This document shows, one piece after another, positions 1 through 9,709 of a stretch of 64,000 bases of DNA (positions within the stretch are counted from its first letter, which is position 1; every line of letters begins with the position of its first letter). Position numbers and translations under genes: made by a program. This stretch comes from Fibrobacteria bacterium (GTDB lineage: Bacteria > Fibrobacterota > Fibrobacteria > UBA11236), in contig JANYDA010000001.1 of the NCBI GenBank assembly GCA_025360005.1, positions 87,144 to 151,143 of the forward strand, in the 5' to 3' direction. The notes under the pieces were generated by a model. It did no database searches and was not told the origin of the DNA. It saw only the letters and a list, made by a program, of their open reading frames with translations.

Positions 1-967
1 AGCCGAGCGGGGGGGAATCGAACCGGATCCCGGGAGAGGCGTATTCATATTCCTTCAGGACCCGGCCCACCAAGGCCCACAGGTCGACGGGTTCCAGGTT
101 CAGGATGCCGGGAGGGCTCTCCAGCCGCGCGGACTCCAGGATCTCATTGATCATTTTTTCCAGTTCCCGGACGTTCCTTCGCGCCACCTCCTTGGATTCC
201 GGCCCATCGATTTCCAGGGACAGCTTGATCCGGGTCAAAGGGGAACGGAGTTCGTGGCTCACATCCAGCAGCAGTTGTTCCTTGGATCGCATTACCTCGC
301 GGATGCCGGACAGCATCGAGTTGAAGGATTGGCCCAATTCCCCCAGCTCGTCCGTCCGCCGGATTTCCACCCGCGCATTCAGATTTCCCCGGCGGGCTTC
401 GGAAAAACCGGAGTGCAATTCCTTCAGGGGCTGGAACAATTTCCGGATCAGCCAATAGCAGATGCTGAGCACCAGCATGATGGAAAGGATCAAGAACGGT
501 ATGAACTCGATCCATTTCTCATGAATGGGTTCCTTCCCGAAGAAGAAGGCGATCCGGCACCCGTCCTTTTGCGCCAATGCGAAGCGGTGGCGTTTGAACC
601 GTCCCAGCCGTATCCCTTTCGATTCCGGGACCGGGCTCGAAAACGATTCCAGTTCCGATAGGGAGGGAAGGCCCGGCAGCGTGGACCAGGAGGATTTGGG
701 TCCTTGCAGGGCGATATCCAAGCCCCATTCGTCGGCAAGCCTCCTTCCGGTCGCCGAATCCGCGCCCGGGTCCATTTTCCCCGCCAGGAAACCCGCGAAG
801 GTCGCGCGCGACTTTTCCGAATTCGGATGATGGTTGTCTTCTACGATCAACTCCAGGAAGCCCGCGATCATCGCCACGATCAACACGCTGGATGCGATAT
901 AAGTCCCCAACAGCTTGAGGAAAATCGAAGGCCGGAAGGCTAAGGATTTGCGGCCCGCGTCAACCAT
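1..967 (-). CDS. Sensor histidine kinase (partial; C-terminus runs off the window start), cognate to the adjacent OmpR-type regulator
   Basis: My own reverse-complement translation; the ORF is absent from the track because it has no stop inside the window. N-terminus MVDAGRKSLAFRPSIFLKLLGTYIASSVLIVAMIAGFLELIV (TM helix) starts at the ATG whose complement is 965-967. A clear H-box EQLLLDVSHELRSPLTRIKLSLE lies around 250-320, and the reading continues to position 1. Its start overlaps the stop of the upstream regulator gene by a few nt. Confidence 0.7.
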   Translation of the reverse strand, partial: MVDAGRKSLAFRPSIFLKLLGTYIASSVLIVAMIAGFLELIVEDNHHPNSEKSRATFAGFLAGKMDPGADSATGRRLADEWGLDIALQGPKSSWSTLPGLPSLSELESFSSPVPESKGIRLGRFKRHRFALAQKDGCRIAFFFGKEPIHEKWIEFIPFLILSIMLVLSICYWLIRKLFQPLKELHSGFSEARRGNLNARVEIRRTDELGELGQSFNSMLSGIREVMRSKEQLLLDVSHELRSPLTRIKLSLEIDGPESKEVARRNVRELEKMINEILESARLESPPGILNLEPVDLWALVGRVLKEYEYASPGIRFDSPPLG

Positions 968-1667
968 TCGGGCCGGCGTCCCGGATGAATAGATAACCTT
1001 CCCCCCATACCGTTTTGATGTAACGCGGATGGTGGGGGTTATCCCCCAATTTCCCGCGCAGCCTGCCGATCACAACATCTATGCTGCGGTTCATGGCTTC
1101 CCACTCCACTCCTTTCGTGCGCAAGGCGATGGTATCGCGGCTGAGGATGGCACCCGCATTCGCTATGAGCAAATCGAGCACGGCGTATTCCATCCCGGTC
1201 AAGTCCAGGGATTTTCCGCCTAGGAAGGCTTGCTTGGAGGAGCCGTCCAAGGTTACCCCGCGGATGCTGTTGACTTCGGTTTTCCCCGGAAAACCGATCC
1301 GCCTGAGGACGGACTGGATACGGGCGACGAGTTCGGTAGGCTCAAAGGGTTTGGGCAGATAGTCGTCCGCCCCAAGTTGCAAGCCCCTGACCCGGTCTTG
1401 AACATCGCCTCTGGCCGTCAGCATGATGATAGGCATCCGGCTCCGGGTCCGGATCTCCCGGCATATGGCGAAACCGTCCTGGCCCGGAAGCATCACGTCC
1501 AGGATCATCAGGGTCGGGTTGGCGCTGGCAATGAGGTTCAAGGCATCCTGGGGAAGGGTGGCAGCCAGGATCTCCCAGCCGAAAGGAGACAGGTAAACCT
1601 TGAGAAGGCTGATAAGCTCTTCGTCATCGTCCAGGATTAGGAGTACCGGTTTGGGTCCGGGCTTCAA
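960..1667 (-). CDS. OmpR/PhoB-family response regulator (receiver + winged-helix DNA-binding domain)
   Basis: Receiver signature LLILDDDEEL...MLDVMLPGQDGF...DDYLPKPF and C-terminal winged-helix LTGMEYAVLDLL...VDVVIGRLRGKL...IKTVWGEGY. 235 aa. Confidence 0.9.
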   Translation of the reverse strand: MKPGPKPVLLILDDDEELISLLKVYLSPFGWEILAATLPQDALNLIASANPTLMILDVMLPGQDGFAICREIRTRSRMPIIMLTARGDVQDRVRGLQLGADDYLPKPFEPTELVARIQSVLRRIGFPGKTEVNSIRGVTLDGSSKQAFLGGKSLDLTGMEYAVLDLLIANAGAILSRDTIALRTKGVEWEAMNRSIDVVIGRLRGKLGDNPHHPRYIKTVWGEGYLFIRDAGPNG

Positions 1668-1924
1668 TACTGTCGGGCCGCCATCAAGAGAAATTACATC
1701 GACGTCGGGGCAAAAGCATCCGGTGACGGCTTGGACGGAGCCGGGGATTTCGTTTTGGATTCATTCCCGCCCGCCGTTTACATTCGGTTTACAAAAAACC
1801 GGCGTAACGGCTCCACGGTATTCCCAGTTCCCGGCCCGGGCCGGAAGAATGAATCAGGTGACGCTTCACCGGGGAGGTTCCTATCTTACCTATCCGCATA
1901 ACCTTTTGCAAAAGAGCTTGATCC

Positions 1925-2173
1925 ATGACGCGTGACGACTTGCTCCCGGTCCTTCTGAAAATAGCCCGGGACGTTACCGACGATGAGCAATTGACGTTCG
2001 CTGCCGAAACCCCGTTTGCGAAGATCGAGGCATGGGATTCCATGAATCATGTCCACATCCTGGTTGGCATGGAGGATACTTTCCGGATCCGCTTCAATGA
2101 TGCGGTGTCGTTGCAAAGCGTAGTGATCGTCCAGGACCTATTGGATATTATCGCCGGCCTGAAAGGGCTTTAG
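1925..2173 (+). CDS. Acyl/D-alanyl carrier protein (DltC-like, phosphopantetheine attachment site)
   Basis: 82-aa protein with carrier-protein Ser motif WDSMNHVHILVGMEDTF. First gene of the dlt-like operon. Confidence 0.7.
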   Translation: MTRDDLLPVLLKIARDVTDDEQLTFAAETPFAKIEAWDSMNHVHILVGMEDTFRIRFNDAVSLQSVVIVQDLLDIIAGLKGL

Positions 2174-2194
2174 TAACTGGCGGCCACCACCAGA

Positions 2195-3622
2195 TTGGCA
2201 AATGAGAAATCCTTGCAATTCCTTTCACTAGAATTCCTGGCTGCCCTAAGCGTGGTTTTCCTCGCTTACTGGGCGATACCCGCCAAGACCTGGCAAAACA
2301 TCCTGCTTCTTTCAGCCTCATTGGGGTTGGTTTTTTACCTCAGCCGGATGGCATTGGCCGTCCTGATTGTTTCCACGATATTCGAGTGGCTCTTAGCGCG
2401 GAAAATGGGCGGCCGCACGCCCGTCCAAGGCCGATCCGCCTTGCTTTGGTCGTCCATTTCCATAAACCTGGCCCAGCTCGCTTTTTTCAAATACTCCGGA
2501 TTCTTTTTGCCCCAAGCGATTGCGCTCGTTTCGCGTTTCGGCCTCAATACGGCGAGCTTGCATATCCTAATGCCCGTCGGCCTCTCCTTCTGGACCTTGC
2601 AGAAAATGACTCTCACGCTGGATGTCTATTTCCGGCGGGCCGAAGCGGAAAAAAACCTTTTGATGTGCCTGCTCTTCACCAGCTTCTTCCCCACCCTGTT
2701 GTCCGGGCCCATCGAGCGTTCCCGGGATTTGCTTCCCCAATTCCGGCGCGGACGCGTGTGGGACCCGCAGCGGTTCTCGGAAGGAGTCTGGTTGTTCGCG
2801 GTGGGCGCATTCCTTAAGGCGGTCATAGCCGATAACGTGGCCTTAAGCGCGGATGCCCTGCTCGCGCCGCGCAACTCGGGTTGGCCGCTTCTGCTGGGGA
2901 TCTGGGCGTACGCGTTGCAAATCTACGGGGACTTCGCCGGCTACTCCTACATGGCCCGCGGCATCGCCAAACTTTTCGGCCTGGAAATCACCCAGAACTT
3001 CCTGGCTCCTTATCTCGCGCGGAACCTGTCCGACTTCTGGAAACATTGGCATATCTCCTTATCGGGATGGTTGAACGAATATATTTTCGTGCCGGCTTCC
3101 ATGAAATTCCGGCGTTGGAAAACCGGCGGCATCATTTTCGCCGTTTGGTTGACGTTCATAGCCAGCGGACTCTGGCACGGAACGGGACTCACCTTCTTCA
3201 TCTACGGGTGCGTACATGCCATCGGCCTGACCTTTTTCATCCTAAGTAAAAATCTTCGCAAACGGGCTAAGGAAAGATTCGGCGGGGCCTACCTGGACGG
3301 ACTCGCCACGTTCATCACCTTCCAATATGTTTGCCTGGGATATGTTTTCTTCCGCGCCCCGGACCTCACCACTGCCCTGGCGCAGATAAAATCCATTTTC
3401 CATTCCGTGGGAAATCCGGCCGGCTCCGGGTTCGACTGGAAGATCCTGCTCGTTTCGGCGGTGACGGTTTACTGGCTGCAATCCCAGATTCGCGAAAAGA
3501 AGGACGTTTTCTGGGTGTTCAAACGTCCTATCTGGTATCGGATGGCCATCTACCTGGTGCTGGGGTTTTTCCTGCTCCGCTTTTATGCTCCCTCCGATGG
3601 ATTCATTTACTTCCAGTTTTAA
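2195..3622 (+). CDS. MBOAT-family membrane-bound O-acyltransferase (DltB/AlgI-like)
   Basis: 475 aa, polytopic and hydrophobic, with conserved-His regions (FWKHWHISLSGWL, WHGTGLTF) typical of MBOAT. Follows the carrier-protein gene. Confidence 0.85.
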   Translation: MANEKSLQFLSLEFLAALSVVFLAYWAIPAKTWQNILLLSASLGLVFYLSRMALAVLIVSTIFEWLLARKMGGRTPVQGRSALLWSSISINLAQLAFFKYSGFFLPQAIALVSRFGLNTASLHILMPVGLSFWTLQKMTLTLDVYFRRAEAEKNLLMCLLFTSFFPTLLSGPIERSRDLLPQFRRGRVWDPQRFSEGVWLFAVGAFLKAVIADNVALSADALLAPRNSGWPLLLGIWAYALQIYGDFAGYSYMARGIAKLFGLEITQNFLAPYLARNLSDFWKHWHISLSGWLNEYIFVPASMKFRRWKTGGIIFAVWLTFIASGLWHGTGLTFFIYGCVHAIGLTFFILSKNLRKRAKERFGGAYLDGLATFITFQYVCLGYVFFRAPDLTTALAQIKSIFHSVGNPAGSGFDWKILLVSAVTVYWLQSQIREKKDVFWVFKRPIWYRMAIYLVLGFFLLRFYAPSDGFIYFQF

Positions 3623-3626
3623 AGGA

Positions 3627-4700
3627 ATGCCCAAGGTGAACCCGCTAAAACCGCTCCTGCGAGATTTCCCCGCCGCCACCCGGGCGTTCCTGCTGGCTGT
3701 TTCCATCACCCTGGTTTTAACATTCGTGATGCGCGTTACGTTCCATAGCAATAAGCCCGGGGTTTTCCTGCTGGGCGATTCCGGGATCGGAAATTACCGC
3801 CTGGATCCGGGACAAAGGCTCCAGGATTTCCTCGAACGCTCCAACCCTAAGACCGAGGTGGATAACTGGGCGGAGCCCGGGGCCACTCCCATGGATTTTT
3901 TCCTGCAGTACAGCCGGGGATGCGCCCTGGCCGGCAAACCCCGCACCGCCATCATCGCCTTTTCACCCGACAAGTTCCTGGAAGCCCCGGATTTCCACCG
4001 CTTCGATGACGGCGGCGTGAACCTGAGATGGCTCCCGTGGAATTCTACGGGGTTGAAACTATTCTCCCGGCTCACCGGGAAGGAGCGGAACGCCGCCATC
4101 GTACAGCAGGCGAGCATGCCGCTCTATGCCGCGGCGGACTTGGGCAAATCCCTGTGGATCCGCTATGTGCAATGGCCGTGGGAACGTTCGCAAATGCTGA
4201 CTCCCTCCGGAGAGCGCAAGAAGCGGATCGAGATGAAATCCATCGAATCCGGAAAAGCCAAGGATACTTTGAAGCTCATCGGCGACGATGCCTTCGCCGA
4301 GCTTCCCTTGGCAAAGGATTGCGAGTTCTTGCTCCGCTCTTTGCGGGAACAAGGCGTAGAGACAAGGGTTATCCTGCTCCCGATCGGAAATCCGAAACTG
4401 ATCCGCCTGACCTATTCCAACCATGCCCAAGCCAATCAGGACTCCGTTAAGGCCAGGATGCGCCATTGGCTGGATGTCCAGGGACAATCCTATGTGGATT
4501 TCAACGCTCCCGGGGAAATGGATCATTTTCCGGACTCCACCTGGGATGACATGAGCCATTTGAAATCCCCCTCCGCTTTCGCCTACATGTCCCGGAGAAT
4601 CCAGGAGTTCCTGAGATCGGCTGCGGTACGCGATGTCCAGATGCCTTATTCTTTGGTCAACTCCAGCGGCGAGGATGGAAACGCGGACGCGAGGAATTGA
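3627..4700 (+). CDS. DltD-like / SGNH-hydrolase-fold membrane-anchored protein
   Basis: The track ORF starts at 3585; the likelier start is ATG 3627 with an AAAGGA RBS immediately after the MBOAT stop. N-terminal TM helix, then a GDS-type motif FLLGDSGIGNY. Position between MBOAT and adenylase matches DltD. Confidence 0.55.
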   Translation: MPKVNPLKPLLRDFPAATRAFLLAVSITLVLTFVMRVTFHSNKPGVFLLGDSGIGNYRLDPGQRLQDFLERSNPKTEVDNWAEPGATPMDFFLQYSRGCALAGKPRTAIIAFSPDKFLEAPDFHRFDDGGVNLRWLPWNSTGLKLFSRLTGKERNAAIVQQASMPLYAAADLGKSLWIRYVQWPWERSQMLTPSGERKKRIEMKSIESGKAKDTLKLIGDDAFAELPLAKDCEFLLRSLREQGVETRVILLPIGNPKLIRLTYSNHAQANQDSVKARMRHWLDVQGQSYVDFNAPGEMDHFPDSTWDDMSHLKSPSAFAYMSRRIQEFLRSAAVRDVQMPYSLVNSSGEDGNADARN

Positions 4701-4701
4701 C

Positions 4702-6294
4702 GTGAGGCCCGATTTTTCCCGGCCCAACCTGGCCGAGCTTTTCTATCACTCCGCTTCCGTGTCTCCTGAAAGCCAAGCCCTGGGTTGCGAGGACCTTTCC
4801 CTGACCTACGCCCAACTCCTGGATCTGGTGGAGTCCGTGCGTGTCCCGCTCGGCGCGGACGGTTCTGAGTTCGTAGGTATCCTCGCCTATCGCAGCCCGC
4901 TGGCTTATGCCGCCGTGCAGGCCATCTTGGCGGAAGGCAAAGCCTATGTTCCCCTCAATCCCCTGTTTCCCGCCTCCCGGAACGCATACATTCTCCGCAA
5001 AGCGCGAATCACCACCCTGATCGTGGGGGAAGAATGCGCGGATTCCCTGTCGGCCCTGCTGCCGGAGTTGCGGAAGGCGGCCCATCCCATCCGGTTGGTT
5101 TTCCCGGAATGGATGCCATCCTTGCGGAGCCTGGTTGATGCGGCCGGCGAGGCGGTTCTTCCGATCGAAATGAAAATGGGATCGGCCCTTTCGCCTACGC
5201 CCGTAAAAGCGATTCCGGAAGACGGGAGCGCTTATGTCCTGTTCACCTCCGGCAGTACGGGCGTGCCCAAAGGAGTGCGGGTGCGGCATGACAATGTCCT
5301 CTCCTATCTGCGTTCCTTCCTGGCCGCCTACCCCATCTACCCGCATGACCGGATTTCCCAGACCTTCGATCTCACTTTCGATGTCAGCGTGCATGACCAG
5401 TTCATCACCTGGGCCGTGGGCGCCGTCCTCATCGTGTTTCCCGTCAAATCGCTTTTCTCGCCGCTGGCCTACGCCGCCGCCCAGAAGCTGACGATATGGT
5501 TCTCGGTGCCGGCGCGCGCCGCTTTCCTGGAAAGCGCGCGTCTGGTGGTACCGGGGGCGTTACCGGACGTACGCATAAGCCTGTTCGCGGGAGAAAAGCT
5601 CACCTGGAAGACATGCGAAATCTGGAAACGGATAGCGCCCCAAAGCCGAATTCTCAACCTGTACGGGCCCACGGAAGCCACTGTCGCTTTCACCCATTTT
5701 GAAATCCCGGAGGATTTTCCGGAAACGCGCGCCTATCAAGGCGGAATCCCCATCGGCAGAGCATGGCCGGGTCAAAGCGTCCAGGTACGCGCGGCCGACG
5801 GTTCCCTTTGCCGGGCCGGGCAGGCGGGATCGCTTTGGCTGGCCGGAGATCAGCTCGCACCCGGTTACCTGGACGAACCGGAAAAAACCGCGGAGAGATT
5901 CATATCGCGCGACGGAACCCTCTGGTATCGCACCGGCGATCTGGTCATCGAGGAGGCGGATGGGGCGCTGCAATACCTGGGCCGCGAGGATTTCCAGGTG
6001 AAGGTGATGGGCTACCGGATCGAGTTGGGCGAGATCGAACATGCCCTGATGAATTGCTCGGGCGCGGCCTTTGCGCTCGCCGACGTCGCGGCCATCCGGG
6101 GAGGGATGGAAGAGATATTTTGCGTGCTTCCCGGGCATCTGGCGGAGAGCAAAAAGGAAATCACCCTTTCCCTGAAGCGCTTGCTGCCCGCTTATATGGT
6201 GCCCCGGCATATTTTTTTCATCGATGACGTCCCCTTGAACGCCAACGGCAAAATGGATCGCGGAGCCCTTAAAGCGCAACTCACGCGGTCATAA
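4702..6294 (+). CDS. AMP-dependent adenylation enzyme (DltA-like carrier-protein ligase)
   Basis: Adenylation core motifs LFTSGSTGVPKGV, NLYGPTEATV, YRTGDL, GREDFQVKVMGYRIELGEIE and NANGKMDR. GTG 4702 with a GAGGAA RBS follows the upstream stop. Alternative ATG at 4675 or the track start 4633. Confidence 0.85.
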   Translation: MRPDFSRPNLAELFYHSASVSPESQALGCEDLSLTYAQLLDLVESVRVPLGADGSEFVGILAYRSPLAYAAVQAILAEGKAYVPLNPLFPASRNAYILRKARITTLIVGEECADSLSALLPELRKAAHPIRLVFPEWMPSLRSLVDAAGEAVLPIEMKMGSALSPTPVKAIPEDGSAYVLFTSGSTGVPKGVRVRHDNVLSYLRSFLAAYPIYPHDRISQTFDLTFDVSVHDQFITWAVGAVLIVFPVKSLFSPLAYAAAQKLTIWFSVPARAAFLESARLVVPGALPDVRISLFAGEKLTWKTCEIWKRIAPQSRILNLYGPTEATVAFTHFEIPEDFPETRAYQGGIPIGRAWPGQSVQVRAADGSLCRAGQAGSLWLAGDQLAPGYLDEPEKTAERFISRDGTLWYRTGDLVIEEADGALQYLGREDFQVKVMGYRIELGEIEHALMNCSGAAFALADVAAIRGGMEEIFCVLPGHLAESKKEITLSLKRLLPAYMVPRHIFFIDDVPLNANGKMDRGALKAQLTRS

Positions 6295-6321
6295 CCGGGT
6301 TTGCATTGCCTGGGTTATCGG

Positions 6322-8922
6322 CTACGCCTTCGCTTTTGCCGCCGCTGCCGCCGCCGCCAGCTTCGGCTCCGGAAGCAGTTTCAATGCCAGCCAGGGCGTA
6401 AGACACATCGACGTCCCCAGCAAGGCCAGCAGGCCCAACACCGCGAACTTACCGATGCTGGCTATTCCCATGTGGGTGGTGAATAGCATCCCCGCATATC
6501 CGGCCGTGGTGGTCAAGGTGGAGACGGCCACCAGCACGCCGATGCCCCCATACAATTCCCCGATGCGATGGCGTCCCAGGCGCAAGTATCCCAGCAGCAT
6601 ATAGCTCCCCACGTCCACGGCATACCCTTGCAGGGTTGTGATGACGATCAGATTGAAAGGCCCGATTTTCAATCCCGACAAACCCATCAATCCCAGTATC
6701 CAAACCAGACCCACCGCCATCTGGATCAAGCAGGCGATCAGCAGGCGCCAATCCCGGAAGATCAGCGCCAGCAACAGGATCAACACCCCGACCATCCAGA
6801 TGGAAACGCGCAAGCTGTCCGATTTCACGATGTGGATGATGTCGCTGAAGACGAAGCTGGTGCTGAAGCTCGCCAACCTTTCGCCGCCGGCGGAGAGATG
6901 GCCGTAATGTTCCTGGAAAACCGAAGCATCCAGGGCGTTGGAGGAATTGTACCGTCCGTAGATGAAACCCAGGCGGCCGTAGCTGCCATCGCGCTCCCGG
7001 AGCAGGTTGAGGGCCCACGGCGGGATATCGGCGGGATGGAAGGGCGACGTCATGGCCAAGTCGCGCAAGTTGGCGATCATGGCGGAATCGTCCCCTTTGG
7101 CCCTATCGAACACGCGTGCGGAGATCAATTCCCCGATGTGGTTTATCTCCAGCATCCGTTCCTGTTGCGCCTGCACGGGCGGTACGAAAGTGGCCAAGGT
7201 AAGGAAGCTGCGCAAATACGGATCGCGGTTCACGGTGAGACGCCGGAGCAAGGTATCCTGGAGCGCGGCCATGGAAGCGGAATCCCTGGCCATGACCACT
7301 ACCGGCTGGCTGCTGGTGCGATTGCTGCCCAACGCCACGCTCACGGGCAGCCCGCCATCCTTCTCGCCGCGCGTGTCGCGCAATTTGGAGAAGTCGTATT
7401 CAAAAGCCAGGCGCGGTATGAAAAAGCCAAGCACCAGGGCACCCGCGCAAACGGTGAGGGCCGTTCCCTTTACCAGCTTGGGCCAATCCGGCCGCCATGA
7501 GAAGGGCCAACGGATCGGATCAGCCGCCCTGATGCGCAGCCATGCGAATCCCGGCACCGAGCCGAGGCTTTCCATAGCGAACAGGTATGCGGGCAAAAGC
7601 AGGTAGACGCCGGCTAGGCTCACCACTATACCTGCCGAGGCCTGGACGCCGAACTCATAGAAACCCACGAATTTGGAAGCCAGCAAGGTCAGCAAACCGG
7701 CCACGGTAGTGGATGCGCCCACCAGCAAGGAGAAGAAAAGCTCATCGAGTGTCCTGGCAAGCGCCGTCGCCCAATCCTCGCCCTCCCGGACCAGTCGCAG
7801 CGCGTACCCCAGCACGTAGATGGAAAAATCGATCCCCATGCCGAACAGGATGGAGACCACGAAAGCCGTATACAAATTCAAATGGCCATAGATACCCATG
7901 GTCAGGGCCAAAGTCACCAAGCAAGCGATGACCGCCTGCAAGAAAACCAGGAACACGGAACCGAAATTTCGGAAAAACGCCGCGATGATGAGGATGTTCA
8001 GTCCCACGGATATCAAGGTTGCCAATAAGCCGTTGCTCGCCAGCGAGTCCACCTCCGCCAATTCCTTGTAAGGGCCCTCCACGCCGATATTCAGCCGCGC
8101 GCCGTATTCGGAACGCAAGGGGCCCAGCAAGGCATGGCTGCGCGCCACTACCGTCTTCACGTAATCGAAATCGGAGCTGGGCTTGGACAGCGATGCCTGC
8201 ACCAATCCCACCAACTTGCCCTCGCGGGTCCTTCCCATCAGGCGGGAACGGAGCGAATCGGGGATGCCGCTCTTGGAGTCGTATTGATCCGCGCCGGTCT
8301 TTCCCTTTTTCAAAAACCGGGTGAAGGACTCGGCGGCCTCGTCCGGAAGTCCCAACTGCTGGGGCAAGTCCGCGTCGAACCACTCCCGCTTGGGTTTGGC
8401 GGCCGCCGAATCCTCGTCCAGAAGATCGACGGTCAATGGCCCTTGCTTGCCCAGGTCCAGCCTCAAGTCCTGGATCTCCCGCGAGATTTTCCGCAACTGA
8501 TCCTGGGGCAGGTAAAGCAATGCGTGTTTGCGGAAAAAGGAATTGTCGCGCTGCGATTGGGCATAGACTACGTCCGGCCACTTCCGCAGCGAATCCGCAA
8601 GCCTATCCTGGATGCGGGCCAGTTCCGCGGGATCCTGGATTGAGATGGCGATGGTATAGAGGTCGGAACTGCCCAAGCGGGTCTTGGCCTCGCGCATGGC
8701 GCGGATGGTTTCCGTGTTCCGCGGCAGCAGGGCGTCGAGATTGGCGTCTATGCGCAGATGGGTGGCATAGAATCCGCAGAGCGCGGAGGCGCCGAGACTG
8801 ATTGCCACGATGAGGAAACGATGGCGTTGGGAACGGCGGATATGCGACAGCAGCAACCGTTTCCAAAACCCGGCTTGGCGGGAGGATGTACCGACAAGGT
8901 TATTTTTCTTCGTTGATGTCAC
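6322..8922 (-). CDS. MMPL / RND-superfamily exporter (two 6-TM bundles with large periplasmic loops)
   Basis: 866 aa; duplicated MMPL-type transmembrane architecture (…GIDFSIYVLGY… and …GYAVDVGSYML…); C-terminal Ala/Lys tail. Its start overlaps the upstream lipoprotein gene by 23 nt. Confidence 0.8.
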   Translation of the reverse strand: MTSTKKNNLVGTSSRQAGFWKRLLLSHIRRSQRHRFLIVAISLGASALCGFYATHLRIDANLDALLPRNTETIRAMREAKTRLGSSDLYTIAISIQDPAELARIQDRLADSLRKWPDVVYAQSQRDNSFFRKHALLYLPQDQLRKISREIQDLRLDLGKQGPLTVDLLDEDSAAAKPKREWFDADLPQQLGLPDEAAESFTRFLKKGKTGADQYDSKSGIPDSLRSRLMGRTREGKLVGLVQASLSKPSSDFDYVKTVVARSHALLGPLRSEYGARLNIGVEGPYKELAEVDSLASNGLLATLISVGLNILIIAAFFRNFGSVFLVFLQAVIACLVTLALTMGIYGHLNLYTAFVVSILFGMGIDFSIYVLGYALRLVREGEDWATALARTLDELFFSLLVGASTTVAGLLTLLASKFVGFYEFGVQASAGIVVSLAGVYLLLPAYLFAMESLGSVPGFAWLRIRAADPIRWPFSWRPDWPKLVKGTALTVCAGALVLGFFIPRLAFEYDFSKLRDTRGEKDGGLPVSVALGSNRTSSQPVVVMARDSASMAALQDTLLRRLTVNRDPYLRSFLTLATFVPPVQAQQERMLEINHIGELISARVFDRAKGDDSAMIANLRDLAMTSPFHPADIPPWALNLLRERDGSYGRLGFIYGRYNSSNALDASVFQEHYGHLSAGGERLASFSTSFVFSDIIHIVKSDSLRVSIWMVGVLILLLALIFRDWRLLIACLIQMAVGLVWILGLMGLSGLKIGPFNLIVITTLQGYAVDVGSYMLLGYLRLGRHRIGELYGGIGVLVAVSTLTTTAGYAGMLFTTHMGIASIGKFAVLGLLALLGTSMCLTPWLALKLLPEPKLAAAAAAAKAKA

Positions 8923-9709
8923 CGGAAGCCTCTATCTTTTGACGGATCCGCAATCCCGCGCCTTGGCAAAACCCGTCGCCCGCGAGCAAAGTAACCCCGG
9001 AATCGCCGGCGGTCGAACCGCTGGCCTCCAGGCAATTTTTCAAATCGACGGTTTTGAACCAATCGTCGACGGTCAATTGCAACAGCAGCTTATTCAGGGC
9101 CGCCGCGGTGATCCTGATCCCGGTGGGACCGTCGAAATCCAATCCGTCCCGCAGATTGAGGCGGACGGAAAACGGCCTTGCCCGGCCGTCCGCGCTATCC
9201 GTCCCCCCCCTGATTTCCATGTTCGGGGTGTTGGTATCCACGGCGGGCGCGGACTCGTTATCGGAAAGCTCCAGGCCGACCCGGGTATAAACGCCTTCCG
9301 GCAAGCGCAGATGTTCCAAAGGCGGATTGGACGCGCCGGTCATCAGATCGACGACGAAAGGCCCCGGAAGCGAAATCCCATCGCTGTCGCACGTGTATCC
9401 GGGAGCCGATTCGCAAGTCAATCCCACCGGAAGACTGAGATCGATTTTGCGCACCGCAATGGTGAGGGAAGAGATCTTGATGGCGGAACCCGCGGAGTCG
9501 AACACCTCGAACGTACCATCCGGGTTACGTATGACCGCGGCGGCGCTTTTCCGCAGCACCGAATCGGTAAGCGAATTGGCCCTGAACACCAACGCGACTT
9601 CGGCCAGGGGCGGGTTGCCGGCGCCCGTTCCGCCGGACACTTTTTCCGGCTGGCAGCGCAGGAGCACCAACCCCAGCGCCAGAACCGCCGCCCTCATTCC
9701 CGGGCTCAT
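8900..9709 (-). CDS. Lipoprotein paralogue 1 (GGTGAGNPPL family; Fibrobacter-type partner of TIGR02147)
   Basis: Likely start MSPGMRAAVLALGLVLLRC with a GAAGGA RBS. Mature N-terminus CQPEKVSGGTGAGNPPL. Shares VDDWF and LAGDGFC blocks with the 10623-11453 paralogue. Confidence 0.6.
   Translation of the reverse strand: MSPGMRAAVLALGLVLLRCQPEKVSGGTGAGNPPLAEVALVFRANSLTDSVLRKSAAAVIRNPDGTFEVFDSAGSAIKISSLTIAVRKIDLSLPVGLTCESAPGYTCDSDGISLPGPFVVDLMTGASNPPLEHLRLPEGVYTRVGLELSDNESAPAVDTNTPNMEIRGGTDSADGRARPFSVRLNLRDGLDFDGPTGIRITAAALNKLLLQLTVDDWFKTVDLKNCLEASGSTAGDSGVTLLAGDGFCQGAGLRIRQKIEASGDINEEK

Noticed and set aside
105-943. Several plus-strand ORFs (105-458, 254-661, 525-830, 704-943)
   Set aside because: All overlap the minus-strand histidine kinase, whose reverse-complement translation gives a TM region and the H-box EQLLLDVSHELRSPL. 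The plus-strand frames are low-complexity.
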